From Moniliella sp. 'wahieum' (Eukaryota), in NCBI GenBank assembly GCA_003971905.1, contig RSEE01000003.1:1116001-1180000 (forward strand): a DNA stretch of 64,000 nucleotides. Reading direction: 5' to 3'. The position numbers and the translations under genes were made by a program. The first letter of the stretch is position 1. Each line of letters opens with the position of its first letter. Positions 1-14,800 of the stretch are shown here, one piece after another. Below the pieces are notes generated by a model that made no database searches, was not told where the DNA came from, and was given only the letters and a program-made list of their open reading frames with translations.

Positions 1-584
1 ACTGGAATTGTGGTCGTCATTGACATTATGTGAACCCGTCGATGAACGGAGATCGCCAAGTGGCAATATAGATCCGAGATAGTAGTTCTCGGATCTCATA
101 TCTCAGCGCGTGCTGTGGGATATTCCGTGGGCAGGGCTTGGCGGTCCTGGCAAAGGAGCGATTCGTGCCGGGTGTAGATCATCAGTCATCGACTTGATCG
201 ATGCCCTCCCGGCTGGCTTTCCCAGGAGCCGACGACCAAACGGGGACTAGTGATTAAGTGATTGATGATGACCGATGACTTGATCAGACAGGCGGCGAGC
301 AATTGATAATCTGGGTCATCGATAATCGAGCGGGGTGGGGGCCGGTGCGCGCCGGACACTGGCGCTGTGGCGGGGGCGGGGGGCGTGCGCTAGGGGTATC
401 GGGGGGAATGCGCCGGGCAGCGGAGGCCTGCGCCTACCCGTGCCAGATGTTCGCAGTGATAACATGCACAACACCTTAGGTCTGGGGAGCCGCGCCGTGC
501 TTATCAATCGGCCCTGGCGCCTTGCTGGCTGGTGCGACGTTCCACCGGCTCAGATCGGCCCAGCTGACCCATGCGTCCACAGCG

Positions 585-591
585 TATAAAA
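585..591 (+). promoter_or_regulatory. Putative TATA box of the UPRTase gene
   Basis: TATAAAA about 125 bp upstream of the ATG at 712, followed by a CT-rich tract typical of fungal 5' leaders. Confidence 0.55.
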
Positions 592-711
592 GGCCGCCGC
601 TGCTGAGCCGCCGCCTCGCCCTTCTCTCTCTCTTCTCTCTTGGGTTCGTCCCCCTTGGCCCGCTGCCCAGCCCCGCCTTGTGCCTTGACCCCCCTCCCAC
701 CCTCGCCTCAC

Positions 712-1465
712 ATGAGCACCACCACTGCCACCCCCTCGCCCGTCCCCGGCGTCTTGGTCATTGACCATCCGCTCGCCAAGCACCACCTTGCCAACCTGCG
801 TCTCGCCGAGACGTCGGCCCGCGACGTGCGCTTCCTCATTGGTCAGATCACCTCTGTGCTTGTGATTGAGGCAACCAAGGACCTGCCCACTCACCAGGTC
901 CAGGGTGCCGGTCCGCTTGCCCAGTTCACAGGCAGCGAGGTTACGCCCCGGATCGGTGTTGTGCCCATTCTTCGCGCCGGTCTGGGCATGACCGAAGCTG
1001 CGCTCAACTTGTTGCCCGACAACACCTCTGTCCTTCACATTGGCCTGTACCGCGAAAAGGTATCGCTGCAGCCAGTCGAGTACTACAACAAGGTATGTTG
1101 TTTGTCATTTCTTTTCTCCACTCGACCTTGGCTCCTCGTCCTTGGCCCCTCCAAATACTGACGTTGAATTGTTCTTGGCAGCTTCCATCCCAACCCACTG
1201 TGGGCAAAGTGCTCATCCTCGACCCCCTCGTCGCAACGGGCAACACGGCTGTGGCCTGTGTGCGCATGATTCTCGATTGGGGGCTCAAGGTGGAGGACAT
1301 TCGCTTTCTCTCCATTCTCGGGTCCGAGCCCGGCCTTGCCCATCTCGCTGCGTCGTTTCCCGGTCTGACTATCTACACGGCCGCGATTGACCAACATCTG
1401 GATGATAAGGGGTATATCCTTCGGGTCTTGGCGATACGGGCGACCGGCTGTTTGACACGTTGTAA
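712..1465 (+). CDS. Uracil phosphoribosyltransferase (Upp-type), 2 exons
   Basis: Motifs DHPLAKHHL, VPILRAGLGM, HIGLYRE, PVEYYNKLP, ILDPLVATG and C-terminal GYI..GLGDTGDRLF. Intron 1093-1181 (GTATGT..ACTGAC..CAG). Apparent frameshift near 1420-1440. Confidence 0.93.
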
Positions 1466-2654
1466 CACTACGCGGCCGGCCTTGCACAAGTTCGATTCTC
1501 AGCACTTTCCAGAACGGGCGTTCTCCTGGGGTCCCTGCTGATCGAGCTGATCTAGCACAACAACGCCTGCAACTTGCTGGGTTGTGGTTTCTCCCCTGAA
1601 CATGCCTTCCAACCATATAAGTACCTGTACCAAAACCAAACCAATCGTATACATCTACTTATCTTTCTTCTGGAGATATTCGCATGTCCAGCACCATCTA
1701 TATTAGGAGACCAACTGAAGACCTCGAGCCTCGGGTTGAATGGAGGTGTGCGCTCCAAGGGCACAAAGTCAATTAGGAGCAATCCATCGACCTGTGGGCT
1801 CGTTCGGCATCACGGATTGATGGATCCGCCGTTTGCTTGAGTGACAAGGGCGAAAAGTGCCAGTGATCTACCCTGACAAGCAGCTTGGCCAAAAGCCATC
1901 GTATGGCTGGCGCACAGTCGGGCTAGTGAGGAGGCGTGTGGATCCAAACGTTGCCCATCAGCACGAGGTGCCCTTGCGGGGCGTGTCGGTATTACTAAGG
2001 GATGACCAATGTGCGAGCTTAGTGCCCTTTCCTGTTGGCAACGCAATTCGATTCGCCACTGTGGGCACAATCCGCTTCACAACTAGCCGATATGGGTGCG
2101 CCCCCTGGCCATTCTCCAATCGCATCAAAAATCACTGTCTCTAGCACTACGTTCAGTTCGGGCGCATCAGACTGAGCTACTTTCGGCTCTTCTTCGTCTT
2201 CCTCCCCTCCTCCCATGGATGCGAGGGTTGAGAAAATGTGGCCAAGCGACCCACTTACTCGTGCAATGGGCGCATGCGCTTGGGGACAAAGCTCACTATC
2301 CCCTCGTACATGGTGACAGGTGCAGGTGGATGTGGTGATGCCGACTTGGGCGCGGTACCGGCGCTCGGCAACCTCATTCGTACCCTGGTTAGGTTTTCAT
2401 GCAGAAACCAACTGTAACATGTAACTGACGTATACCCACTGCGGCCCAAGGGGCAGCACGCCGTTACAATCAAGTGAGCCTTGCCCAGCGCATCGACCCC
2501 CTTTCCACCTATCGTGGACCCCGGCCTCATTTTCCCCCAAATAAGTGCGAATGCCTGTTGCACCCAACCCATGCAAGCCATGTAATCCATGTAATCCATG
2601 CAAGCCTGCCAGCTGCCAGCGTGAATCAGTTCCATTTCCACCCTCGATCTAGTC

Positions 2655-4008
2655 TTAGTCTGGGCCACCGTAAAACTGGAGCAGCGTACTGCCCACCTCA
2701 CTTGGCGTTAACACTCCTCGTCGGTAATAATCGAGGAGATGAGGCCCGGTCCCGTGTAGTCCACCTAGCCAACCATGTCAGTTTCCCCGCGTGCACGCCC
2801 ACCGCAGCAGAATCTCCAGAGCAGCTACGTACCAAAGAGTGAGCGGCCATCATCTCGTCGGTCAGCAGGCCCTCTCGCGGCTGGATCGGGCCATTTGGGG
2901 TTGTAGGCGGGCAAGTCGTCGAGTTGCGGGAAGGGAAGGATGTCCTTCTTTTGCATCGGAAGGTCCTTGGCACTGACAGGAAAGTATCGAATGAATTTGA
3001 ACCTAGCCGAGGAGCGAATGAATGAACGTGGACGCGTCAGTGGAACCCCCCCCAAACAAAACAATCCCCTTCTCTCTCCAAAGCGACCCATGGTCCCAGA
3101 ATGTGCAACGTACGTTTCCGCACACACCAAGAACGGCTTGTTGCACGCCTTGGCCGTCATGGCCAACGTAGCCGTTCCCAACGAATTGAGGATCCCGCCC
3201 GACTCAAACACCCCCTCCGCACCGACCAGCACCGTGTTGACGCTCGGCATCACCAAACCAACAGCCGAGTCGAGAATCACCGTACAAGGGATTCCTGCCT
3301 CCATCAGTTCCGCGTACGTTTGCAACCTGATCAACAAAGAGGGGGGGGGGACGACCCAACCAAACAAAACATAACAAAACAGGGGGGCGGGGGGAGGTCA
3401 GTTACCCTCGGCCGCTGCACCGTGCCCAACAGGGGTGATCGAGCCACTAGTCAACCAACAACGTACCCTTTACCTGTCGAACGCGATTCGGTCACGTACA
3501 CCCGCACCCGCTTGTTGTCGCGCTTGGTCGCCTTGAGAAGAACTTGCATCACAACGCGCGAGTAGGAGTGGGTAAGAATCACCGACCCGTCCGAGATGAG
3601 CGGGAGCGAGAGCTCGGTGATACTTTCTCTACTGTCGTGGGCTGCTGAGTGGGCAAACGCACGTGCTTTGGCCAGCAACTCGGTCTTGCTCAGCTCAAAG
3701 TCCTCCAGGTCGGGCCGGTCGTAGTGTAGGCCGACAAAGCGCTGGAACAGGTCGGCACCAGCCGTGGCAGGAAGCGGGTTGGGCAACGTCGTGCGCAGCT
3801 GCTCCACCGCATTCCGAATCGCAATCATCATCTCCGACGTGGTCTCGGGCTCAGTGGCAGTGATCAGGTCGCACAGCGCCAAAATCGCAGCAATCGGCAT
3901 CGGCGTCAAGTCGGTCTGGTTGAGGTGCTGGTTGAAAGCGGCCGTCACGTCAAAGGCCAGAGGGCTCTGGCCCCGACCGGGAGGGGGAGCCGTAGGGGCA
4001 GACGTCAT
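2655..4008 (-). CDS. GCN3: Translation initiation factor eIF2B alpha subunit, multi-exon
   Basis: ILTHSYSRVVMQVL, VYVTESR, VILDSAVG, VLVGAEGVFESGGILNSLGT, PFLVCAET..KFIRYFP and terminal VDYT..IITDE..LTPS motifs spread over ORFs 3451-4161, 2825-3367 and 2655-2765, separated by introns with GTACGT donors. Confidence 0.93.
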
Positions 4009-4547
4009 TGCCGAGCTCGTCGCCTGCTTCGTAGTGGAAGAAGAGCCTTGCAGCTGTGTTGGCAGCGTCCAGTTGAACCTAGCCCGCCTGCCCGCCTCAA
4101 CCGACCGCCGCCAATCCAGCCGAGGCGGCGGACAAAAAAAGACGAAACGTTTAGGCGCCATTACGTAACACGCTTCGGCTGTCCTAACAAGTCACATGTC
4201 ACACTCGATTGGGTTTTGAATCCGGCAGTAGCGCTTAGCTTGAACGCCTCCTCGACAGAAGACCACGCAGTGATCAAGCTCTTACGCGTCGCGTCGAGGG
4301 GCTGGTAGATTAGATGGCACCCCTGCGTTCGACATACATGCCTACCGCCTCCCAGCTGTACGGGTATGCCAGTTTCTTCGCCCAACTGTACCGCGTACCG
4401 TGAAGTGATTCGAACCAATGCCGCATTGTCCTCTCTCGCCCTGCAACGCTCTTCCCCCCCGCTGTGCATTAGAGAGAAGACGAGGAAGAGGCAAAGGTCA
4501 CCAAGAATTTCTCATTCCTACCTTAAGGTGCAAAGGCCAAAGGCCAG

Positions 4548-4571
4548 GCGTCAGACGTCAGACGTCAGACG
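4548..4571. repeat. Heptamer tandem array (TCAGACG) x~3
   Basis: gcgtcagacgtcagacgtcagacg read directly; contains the palindrome GACGTC every 7 bp. Confidence 0.85.
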
Positions 4572-5153
4572 ACCCTGCCCTCGCTCTCACCCTTCCAACC
4601 TATCAGAACCCGAGTAACAGACTGGCGTTCTACTCTTCTGTCCTGGCTGCACCCACCTACGCCGAACAACCCCACCACACGCTCGAGCACTTACTTCATA
4701 TTGAAAACGAGGATGGACGCAGGACGAGTATGGTACAAGAAGAAAAAGGGATAAGGGACAAGAGGGTGGTCCATCCAAGGCTTCCTGGAGAGAAGGAAAG
4801 AAGAAAGAGAGGCACGGGGGAACAGGGAACGATGACAAGGTGCAGATAGGAATTGGCACGGTAAACGAGCGGCGCGCCCGGTCCGAGTAAGCGCAGCAGG
4901 GCAGAAATGAGAGTACGCGTGACGCATGCGACCAAAATGGAAGCGGCGACACACCAACCAAAAATGACCAGGGAAGAAGAGGAGCAAGAACAAAGCGCGG
5001 GAAGCGATCCGTTTCCCACAGAGCGGGGATGGGGGGGGGGAGGCTGTTCCCGTCTGTTGGTAAGAAAAGAAAAGAAAAGTGGGAATCCGAGAATCACGTC
5101 CGCACCTGGTGCGCAGCGATGCAGACGGGAAGCAGCACGGTTGTCCTCAGGCC

Positions 5154-7840
<2,687 letters not shown>

Positions 7841-8699
7841 TCAGTACCCCGTGCCGTGTGCTGCGTGCTGCGTGCTGCCGTCTGCCGCTTGTCCAGTGCA
7901 GGAGCAGGACGCATGACGGCGACGCGTGACGAGATGGGCGGTGGCCTGGTGGGCGCCCTGGGGCTCCCCATTCCGGGCCGGTGACTCGTACCCGTCCGTG
8001 CCTTGGGGCGCAGTGGCTAGTGTGGCCCAGTGCCTAGGACTCCCGACCGAGGCGCCCTGGAGCAGGGCCGCAGCCGTGGGATGCGGTGTGGGATCGATGG
8101 GACAGAGCGAGTGCAGTGTGATAGCTACGGAAGCACCTACCAACTCCCCGTCCAGATGAGCAACATTTCATTATTAATCCAGGCGGCGACAAGGGACCAG
8201 TGCCCCAGACGGAGGGTGAGGCGTGACACGCGTGACAGAGGAGGGCTAGTGGCAAACGGGTCCTCTTCGAGCGCGTCACACGTCATGCGTCACTAGCACT
8301 CCTTAGAGCTTGGCACGTCCGATTGAACTCTGCACGCAGAGCCCCCCCCGCGCCCTGGTCCTGGCCTGGGGCACGGCGCTGCTCTTGCGTCTGCGACATG
8401 CACAGTGACCAGGTGGCTTGCGACAGGGCTTGCTGTTGGCCGCAGACACGCCATGCCAGCTCCTGTTCTATGCACAGGCCACGCAGACCGACTGCTCAGG
8501 CGCTCAGACCGAGCTCTCAGATCTCAGACGGAGCACGGGAACCGACTGGCTGTTCCTGCGTGCGCTGAGCGGCTCAGCGCTGCTGAATGGCTGAAGCTTG
8601 AACCAGTCGAACATGGAATACTGCACCAGAGCTGCGCTGGCAGGGCCCTCGCCCTTATTCAGGTGGGGATTGCGGCTTTGGAGGCCGGTGGCTACTGGC

Positions 8700-11650
8700 G
8701 CGTGCATGTGACATGTGACGCGTGGTGCATGATACACGATGCGTGACGTGTGATGGTGCAAGTTGGTGGCAAAGCCAGTCACGAATTAGCCGGCGCGCAG
8801 GGTAGGCGCTCATGCATCGCGTTATTTATTAGCGCTTGACGTACTGAGTAGCACGAGTACTGCGTCTGTGTTGAGTATGTGAGTACTCAGGCTCAGGGTG
8901 TTCTTGTGAGTAAATAAGTACTGAGTTTTTTTGGCTGGCTCAGTACTCAGTATCTCTTGAGTAACTAGTAACTAGTAACTAGTAACTAGTAACTAGTAAC
9001 GCGTAACGCGTAACGCGAGTCCAGTGCGTGACTGAATGCACACCTGCGACTTGGAGCTTGGGATGCCGGATGTGTGATGTCTGCATGATGTCTCCGATCA
9101 TTGGTGATCAATGCTTGCGCTTGAACCAGCACGTTTATTTGCACCCTCGGTGCCGCGGGCCAAGTTCTAAATGTGTAGCCTGTGTAGCGTGCAGCCTTGG
9201 AGCTTGGAGCTTGGAGCCTCTTGTAGTATAGCTTGTTTATTATTTCCGATTTTAACGCGTAACGCGCATCGTTTAACGTTTGCTGTTTAACGTTTAGGCT
9301 TTGCGCTAAGCCGCTAAGCGCTAAACGCATATAGTGCTTAGGCTAAGCTCAACGCCTCCCGGTTACCGCTTCCCGGTTCCCCGGGAAAATGGACCGCTCT
9401 TCAGTCTCATTGGTTTCATATTTCAGTCCCGGATCCCAGACCCTACACCGTCTGGCCCTAAGCTGTTGCAGCCGATGGAGCGCGGTGCCTGCATTGGATC
9501 CCTGCACCTCGCGGGGCCGGAGCCAACTGTCATGCGTTGCATCATGGCAACTGTTTACTGTAGCCTGAGTTATGCAGACGCCATCACTAGCATTTGTCAC
9601 TTGTTACTATGTCGCGTGCCCACTCGTCCCGCCGGCTTTTGCCAGGCCCGGACGGGGGCGTGAAAAGCAATTAACTTGACGCTAACGTGCTGACGGGATT
9701 ATGAGCCCCTGTGCCGCTCTTCGGCCTGAATATCTGAATCCTGAATAGTGACTAGCACTGATGACTAGGTGAGTGACTAGTGACTGAACCAACCAAGCGC
9801 CAAAAGGACATCCTGCATCCAATCCAAACCTGTGGCAACTATCCAACCCATCCTTCGGAGCAGGAAGATCATCGATCATCATTCACCGGTCACCGGTCAC
9901 CGGTCACTGTGGCACAGGTACCCCCGGCATCACGAGCTTCACGCATTACCCGTTGAGCTTTACCAAGCTGTATACCAGGTGCACCAGTGCTGTACCATCA
10001 GGTTGTAGCGGCCAAGGTGTACCTGGCAATTGGAATAGCCGTGGGGTAGACAGAAACATGGAACGAGAATCGGACCGGCGAGAGGGCGGGCCGCTGGTTA
10101 TTGACCGCTCCTTTCGGTCCTGTTCCGCCTCTGCTCCCCCCCCCCAACCGCCCCTGTTTGCCCCCCTGTGGCAGCCCGCCGCCCTTGTGAGCGAAAGCCC
10201 GCGCGCATCTCCTCTACCGCGTCCTACACCATGCATCATGCATCACCGGTCACCAGAATGAGTTACTGGGGTGGTCTCGTGGAAGGTAGCATAGCGTTGA
10301 ATGATGAAACGTTGAACGTAACGTTGAATGTCTGACAAGAATGGGAATTCGAACCCACGCCCCCAAGTTTGGAGCTACAAGCTGCTACAGCCGGCTAACG
10401 TATGTATCGGCGCTAGCTTGGACCACTGGTACTGAGTATACCGGGAGTACACTGAGCACGTACTGAGTACTGATCGATGATCAATGATCGGTGACGTCTG
10501 CATCATGCATCATGCGTCACGCGTCAGTGCGTCAGCACATCTGCATGTCAGATCTCAGACTGCAGGGTCCGTCAGGGTCTTGCCAGGTAGCACCGGAGGT
10601 ATCGGGTTGTGCAAAGGCTGGAGCAGGCTAGAGCAGGCTGGAGCAGGTAGGAGTCGGCTGCGCTGGCGTCGCCTGGCCGCCTGAGGGCCTGGTCCGGCTA
10701 CATGCAGATGCAGGTCGGATTCTCAGAATTCAGATGGTCAGCCGGTCAGATGTCGGAGCTCATGCGCTCATGCACGTACCATGCACCGAAGCAACTGATA
10801 CAGATGATCGATGGTCGATGGTCGATGAAGCTGCCGTAGCAGTGCTGTAGCCTGCAGAAGATGCTGCAGCTCCGCCGGCCCGATGTCGGGCAAAGCGGGA
10901 TACCGGACGTGTGAGATGTGACACGTGACATGGAATGTGATGCAATGCATGACGGCATAGCGTGACATGTGATGCACGTGATGTACGATACCACGCGTGA
11001 CATGTGACGTGCGGCGTGAGTGCAATCAGCATCACATGTCACAGGGACTAGCGACTTCTGACTCTAGCTACTAATAGTGCCTAGTGACTGACTAGCTAGT
11101 GACTAACCACAGTGACCGGAGTGACTAGTGACTAGTGACTAGTGACCTAGTGACCGGAGTAGCTAGTAGTGGTCCAAGCTTGAATTTTGAAGCACAACAT
11201 TGTCGCGCAGGCTGTAACCACATTATATTCACAGCCAAGCAACAAGCCGCCTAGAAAGCGCTGCTTAGGCTAAGCACTCAGTACGTCCAGTCACTATTCC
11301 TAGAGTGACTGTCGGGGCTTGTGAAAACAAGGGGCAGTCACTAGTCACTAGTCACCGGGTCAGATGGCGGGTGACGTAATGTTGGGGTTTATACGCCTGA
11401 GCCTCACCGGCACCTCAGATCCCTCAGACGACTAGAATGCGAAGAGAAGTAACTAGTAACAAGGGAAGCAAAGAATGCGTTGGTAGAGAGGAGGAATCAT
11501 CACTCAGGTTAATCAGGATCGGCGAAGAGCGAAGAGCAACTATAGTGATAGTGAGCCCCAGGCCTGATTAGTTCCTGATTAGCGCTTAGCTACTGTGACG
11601 CGTGACAGGTGGCAGTATAATTCTGAACATTGAACGTTGAACGTTCAAGG
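8700..11650. repeat. Dense field of 7-bp-period quasi-palindromic arrays (TNA + 4-bp palindrome)
   Basis: Examples: (TAACTAG)5(TAACGCG)3 at 8962-9017; (TCACCGG)3 at 9883-9905; TGCA-TCA-TGCA-TCA-CCGG-TCA at 10232-10252; (TGACTAG)3 at ~11122-11144; TCA-CTAG-TCA-CTAG-TCA-CCGG at 11338-11358; TGA-ACGT-TGA-ACGT-TCA at 11631-11647. Confidence 0.9.
10333..10427 (-). pseudogene. Degenerate tRNA-Leu-like sequence
   Basis: Minus strand reads AGTGGTCCAAG..GCGCC (A-box/D-arm like), then a disrupted anticodon region, a long variable-arm-like stem CTCCAA-AC-TTGGGG, and GCGTGGGTTCGAATTCCCATTCTTGTCA (T-arm/B-box plus 3' acceptor strand). No matching 5' acceptor strand is visible. Confidence 0.6.
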
Positions 11651-11878
11651 TGAACATTTAAGTTGAGCGTTGGTGTGAAGGGCGGAATGGGTGGGAGGGT
11701 TAGGCGGAGTTTCCATCACGTGACCATCTGGACCGGACCGGCCGGCCCAGCGCGGAGCGGCTCGGCTGGGCGCTTGGGGTTGCTGTGCTTTCGCCCCAAC
11801 CTGCCCGCGGCCCGCTTCCACTCGAGTAGGGCCTGGTGCGCGCATCCCCACCCCCGCCTCGCCGTCCGCACCCCCAGC

Positions 11879-14800
11879 ATGAGTGCCGGCTTCAACGCCA
11901 TTTCCACCGTCCTCAACCACCCCACTCGTCGGGCCCACCCCATCGACCCCCACTCGTCTCGCTACCCCGCCCTTCTTTTCCCCGCGCTCCCTCCGGCCGA
12001 CACCCTCGTCCCCCCCGCTGCCCCCCCATTGACGCCGAGGCATATGCGCGTGAGACTAGGCCGGTGTGGGGGAAATTGCGACGCCCCCCTGCCGCCCGTG
12101 GCTCTGGGCCTGGGGCGGCTGGCACTGGCACTGGCGTTGTGAGCGAGGAGGAAGACGTGGCGCCGCTGGAATCGGTGCCTTCGGTCTTCTTTGACTTGGA
12201 CTATTCCCTGTCCGACCCAAGGTACTTCGAGCAGGTCTTTGAGGTCAGTGCCGCTGTCCCCTTTCCACCGATGGCACTTCGTCCCTTGCCGAGGCCGCCC
12301 AAGAGGCCTTGACAGCATCCCTCCCCTGCTGGGCGAGAAACTGTCGTTTTATTCGGATGTGATCGAACAGCATCTCGTCACTGCCTTGTCTGAGCGGTCG
12401 GAAGCGATCCTGAATGCCGCCTCTTCTCTGCAAACCCTCACCGAGGCTGGACGCCAATGTGCTTCCGACACAGCTGCGCTCCAGGGCAGCATGCGCGCTT
12501 TGGACCAGGACATCACTCATACCGGCACCTCTCTCATCCTACACCAGCACCGCCGCCGCCGACTTCAACTGCTACTGTCCACGCTAGAACGCATCCAAAC
12601 GGTTGTTAGCCAATCCGAAACAGTCGAACAGCTTGCTCAGCAACGTAGATGGTTGGATGCGTTGCAGACTGCCAAGCAAGTGCGTCTGTCACTCCAACAG
12701 CCTCTTGTCCTTTCAGCCTCAGCCGGCACAGAGGATCAGCAAGAGGAAAAGCAGCTCAAACTTTCCGACGTTGCCTCCCTGGCAGCATTGTCAACTCGCC
12801 TGGACGGAAGTGCAACACAAACCTCTGAGGCTCTCTGTGGCGAGCTGGAAACGGCATTGAGAGACTGGTTCACAAAGAGCATACTGATCTCCTCGTTTCT
12901 GAGGCAGATGACCGCGCGACACCCGGCACGCTTCTCAGGTACGACTGAGCAATTACGTTCTCTGCGAGCCCGGCGAGCCCGCACCTTGCGTTCCTCCATC
13001 GCTTTGGCTGCCGAGCAGTTGGCCGAGGCTACAGCGGAGGCTACACCCTTGCCGGGCACAGAGGCCTCCCCTGTCGTCACTGCTTCTCTGATCCAAGGTC
13101 CTGATTCACTTCCCTCGGCGGGGTCTCCGACCCGTGTCAGAAGGAGATGAAAACCCACCTCAAGTTGCAGGACGAGGGGATGCTGGAGACCATACGGCCC
13201 TTGCTTGCTGCTCTGGCACAAGCCAATTCCCTTGGTTTGGTCCCTCGTACCCTAGAGCAGGCTACCTTGGGAGCTGTCCAGCAAATTGCCCCGGTTGCTT
13301 GGACCGCTGCCCAGTTCCCAGAGGAAGCGATTCCTGGCCTTGTTCAGCTCGTCAATCCAGAGCCCGGAGTGAATAAACCTCCTGAGGCGGCCATCGCCCA
13401 CCTTCGCTCGTTGTCTGCCCCCGAGTTTGTGGAGCGAACCCACGTTTACCTAGAGGCCGTGTTAGACGTGCTTCATGCTTCTGACCAGGCCCTCGTCATT
13501 CTTTCGCAATTGCCCGAAATGATCCAGCTGCCTGCGGACGACGAACGCATAACCCAAGCTCGTACAAATGCGTGTGGCAGTTCACACCTCGGCCGCACGT
13601 ATCTTTTCCGCGCGGGGTCTTGTGCTGGGATCGCCACAGCCCGCACCGACCCTATCCGATCTTGAGGACCCGGCGAACGTCTGGGCTGACCCAGAACTGA
13701 CCGCTTTCCTTCCCTCTTTCCAACTGGGATGGGGCTTCATGCTGCGTAGCCGCTTGCCTTCTCACTTGGCAAGCAGTAATAGCGGGTCCAGTAACGGTCC
13801 AGTGGCGGATCCGATGTGCTGCGCTCCACCCTTCTGCGTTTGGCACGCGAGTTTGTGGGTGTGGTACATGCCCGCAGGTTGTCGGTTGCAGCGGCTGCTG
13901 TGGACACGGAGAAGTGGAGTGCGAAATCGGTGCCAGCCCCAGTTCAAGCACTTGTGGAGACGATGTTGCTTGGGGCAACGGAGGACCCAGCGCAGCTGTC
14001 GGTGTTGTGTCAGACTGGTCAAGGATCTATCCAGCAACCGTTGCAAAATGGCAAGACAACCACCCAACGCGATCCCAAGACACTTGAGATCGAGGGCCAC
14101 CGGTACTTTGTCGTGGGGGCGACCTTGATCGTGCTCCCCCAGTTGGGGCGGTACTGTCGCCTGGTTGTCAACCTGCCCTTGATCTGTGTCGAAGTTCTTG
14201 CCCGTCTCGTCGAGTTTCTCAAACAATTTAACAGCCGCGTGTGCCAGCTGGTCCTGGGTGCAGGTGCGCTCCGCAGTGCCGGTCTGACCAATATCAACGC
14301 TCGCCATTTGGCGCTGGCTGACAGTCTCTCAGTGCTGTGATGGGCCTACTGCCCTACATTCGCGAGATGGTGCGACGCCACCTGCCAAAGCGGATGAAGC
14401 TGATGCTCACTGAGTTCGATCGTCTGCGACAGGACTACACTGATCATCGGATGGAGATCCAAACTAAACTCGTCTCCATCCTTCAGGAACGAATTGCTGT
14501 TCATTCACGCTCTCTCCGGGTACGTTTCTTCCTTCAGGTAGGGTTTGATGTTCTGAATGCTGACTGCTGTCTCGATACAGGTTCTGAATTGGGAAAAAGC
14601 TGCTGAGGCGGAGCGTCAGTTCCGACTTGGACTCAAACAAAAAGCGGCCAATACACCTCAAGATGAAGAAACCCCACAGGAGGAAGGGAGCGGGAATGAG
14701 AAGGGCGAGGAGGAACCTCCTCAGCTGAGTCCCCTAGCTGGACTTCTCAAGGATAGCTCAACGTTATCGACCATTCTAAGTCGCTATCTCCCCACTGGTA

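Noticed and set aside
1552..2650. Short ORFs between the UPRTase and eIF2B-alpha genes
   Set aside because: No recognisable motifs or credible ATG/splice structure. A small degraded gene cannot be excluded but is unsupported.
8960..11650. Heptamer arrays as a CRISPR array or a cluster of restriction sites (synthetic polylinker)
   Set aside because: No constant 23-50-bp repeat with unique spacers and no cas genes. The hexamer palindromes match restriction sites only because they are palindromes, and they are degenerate and dispersed across the window.
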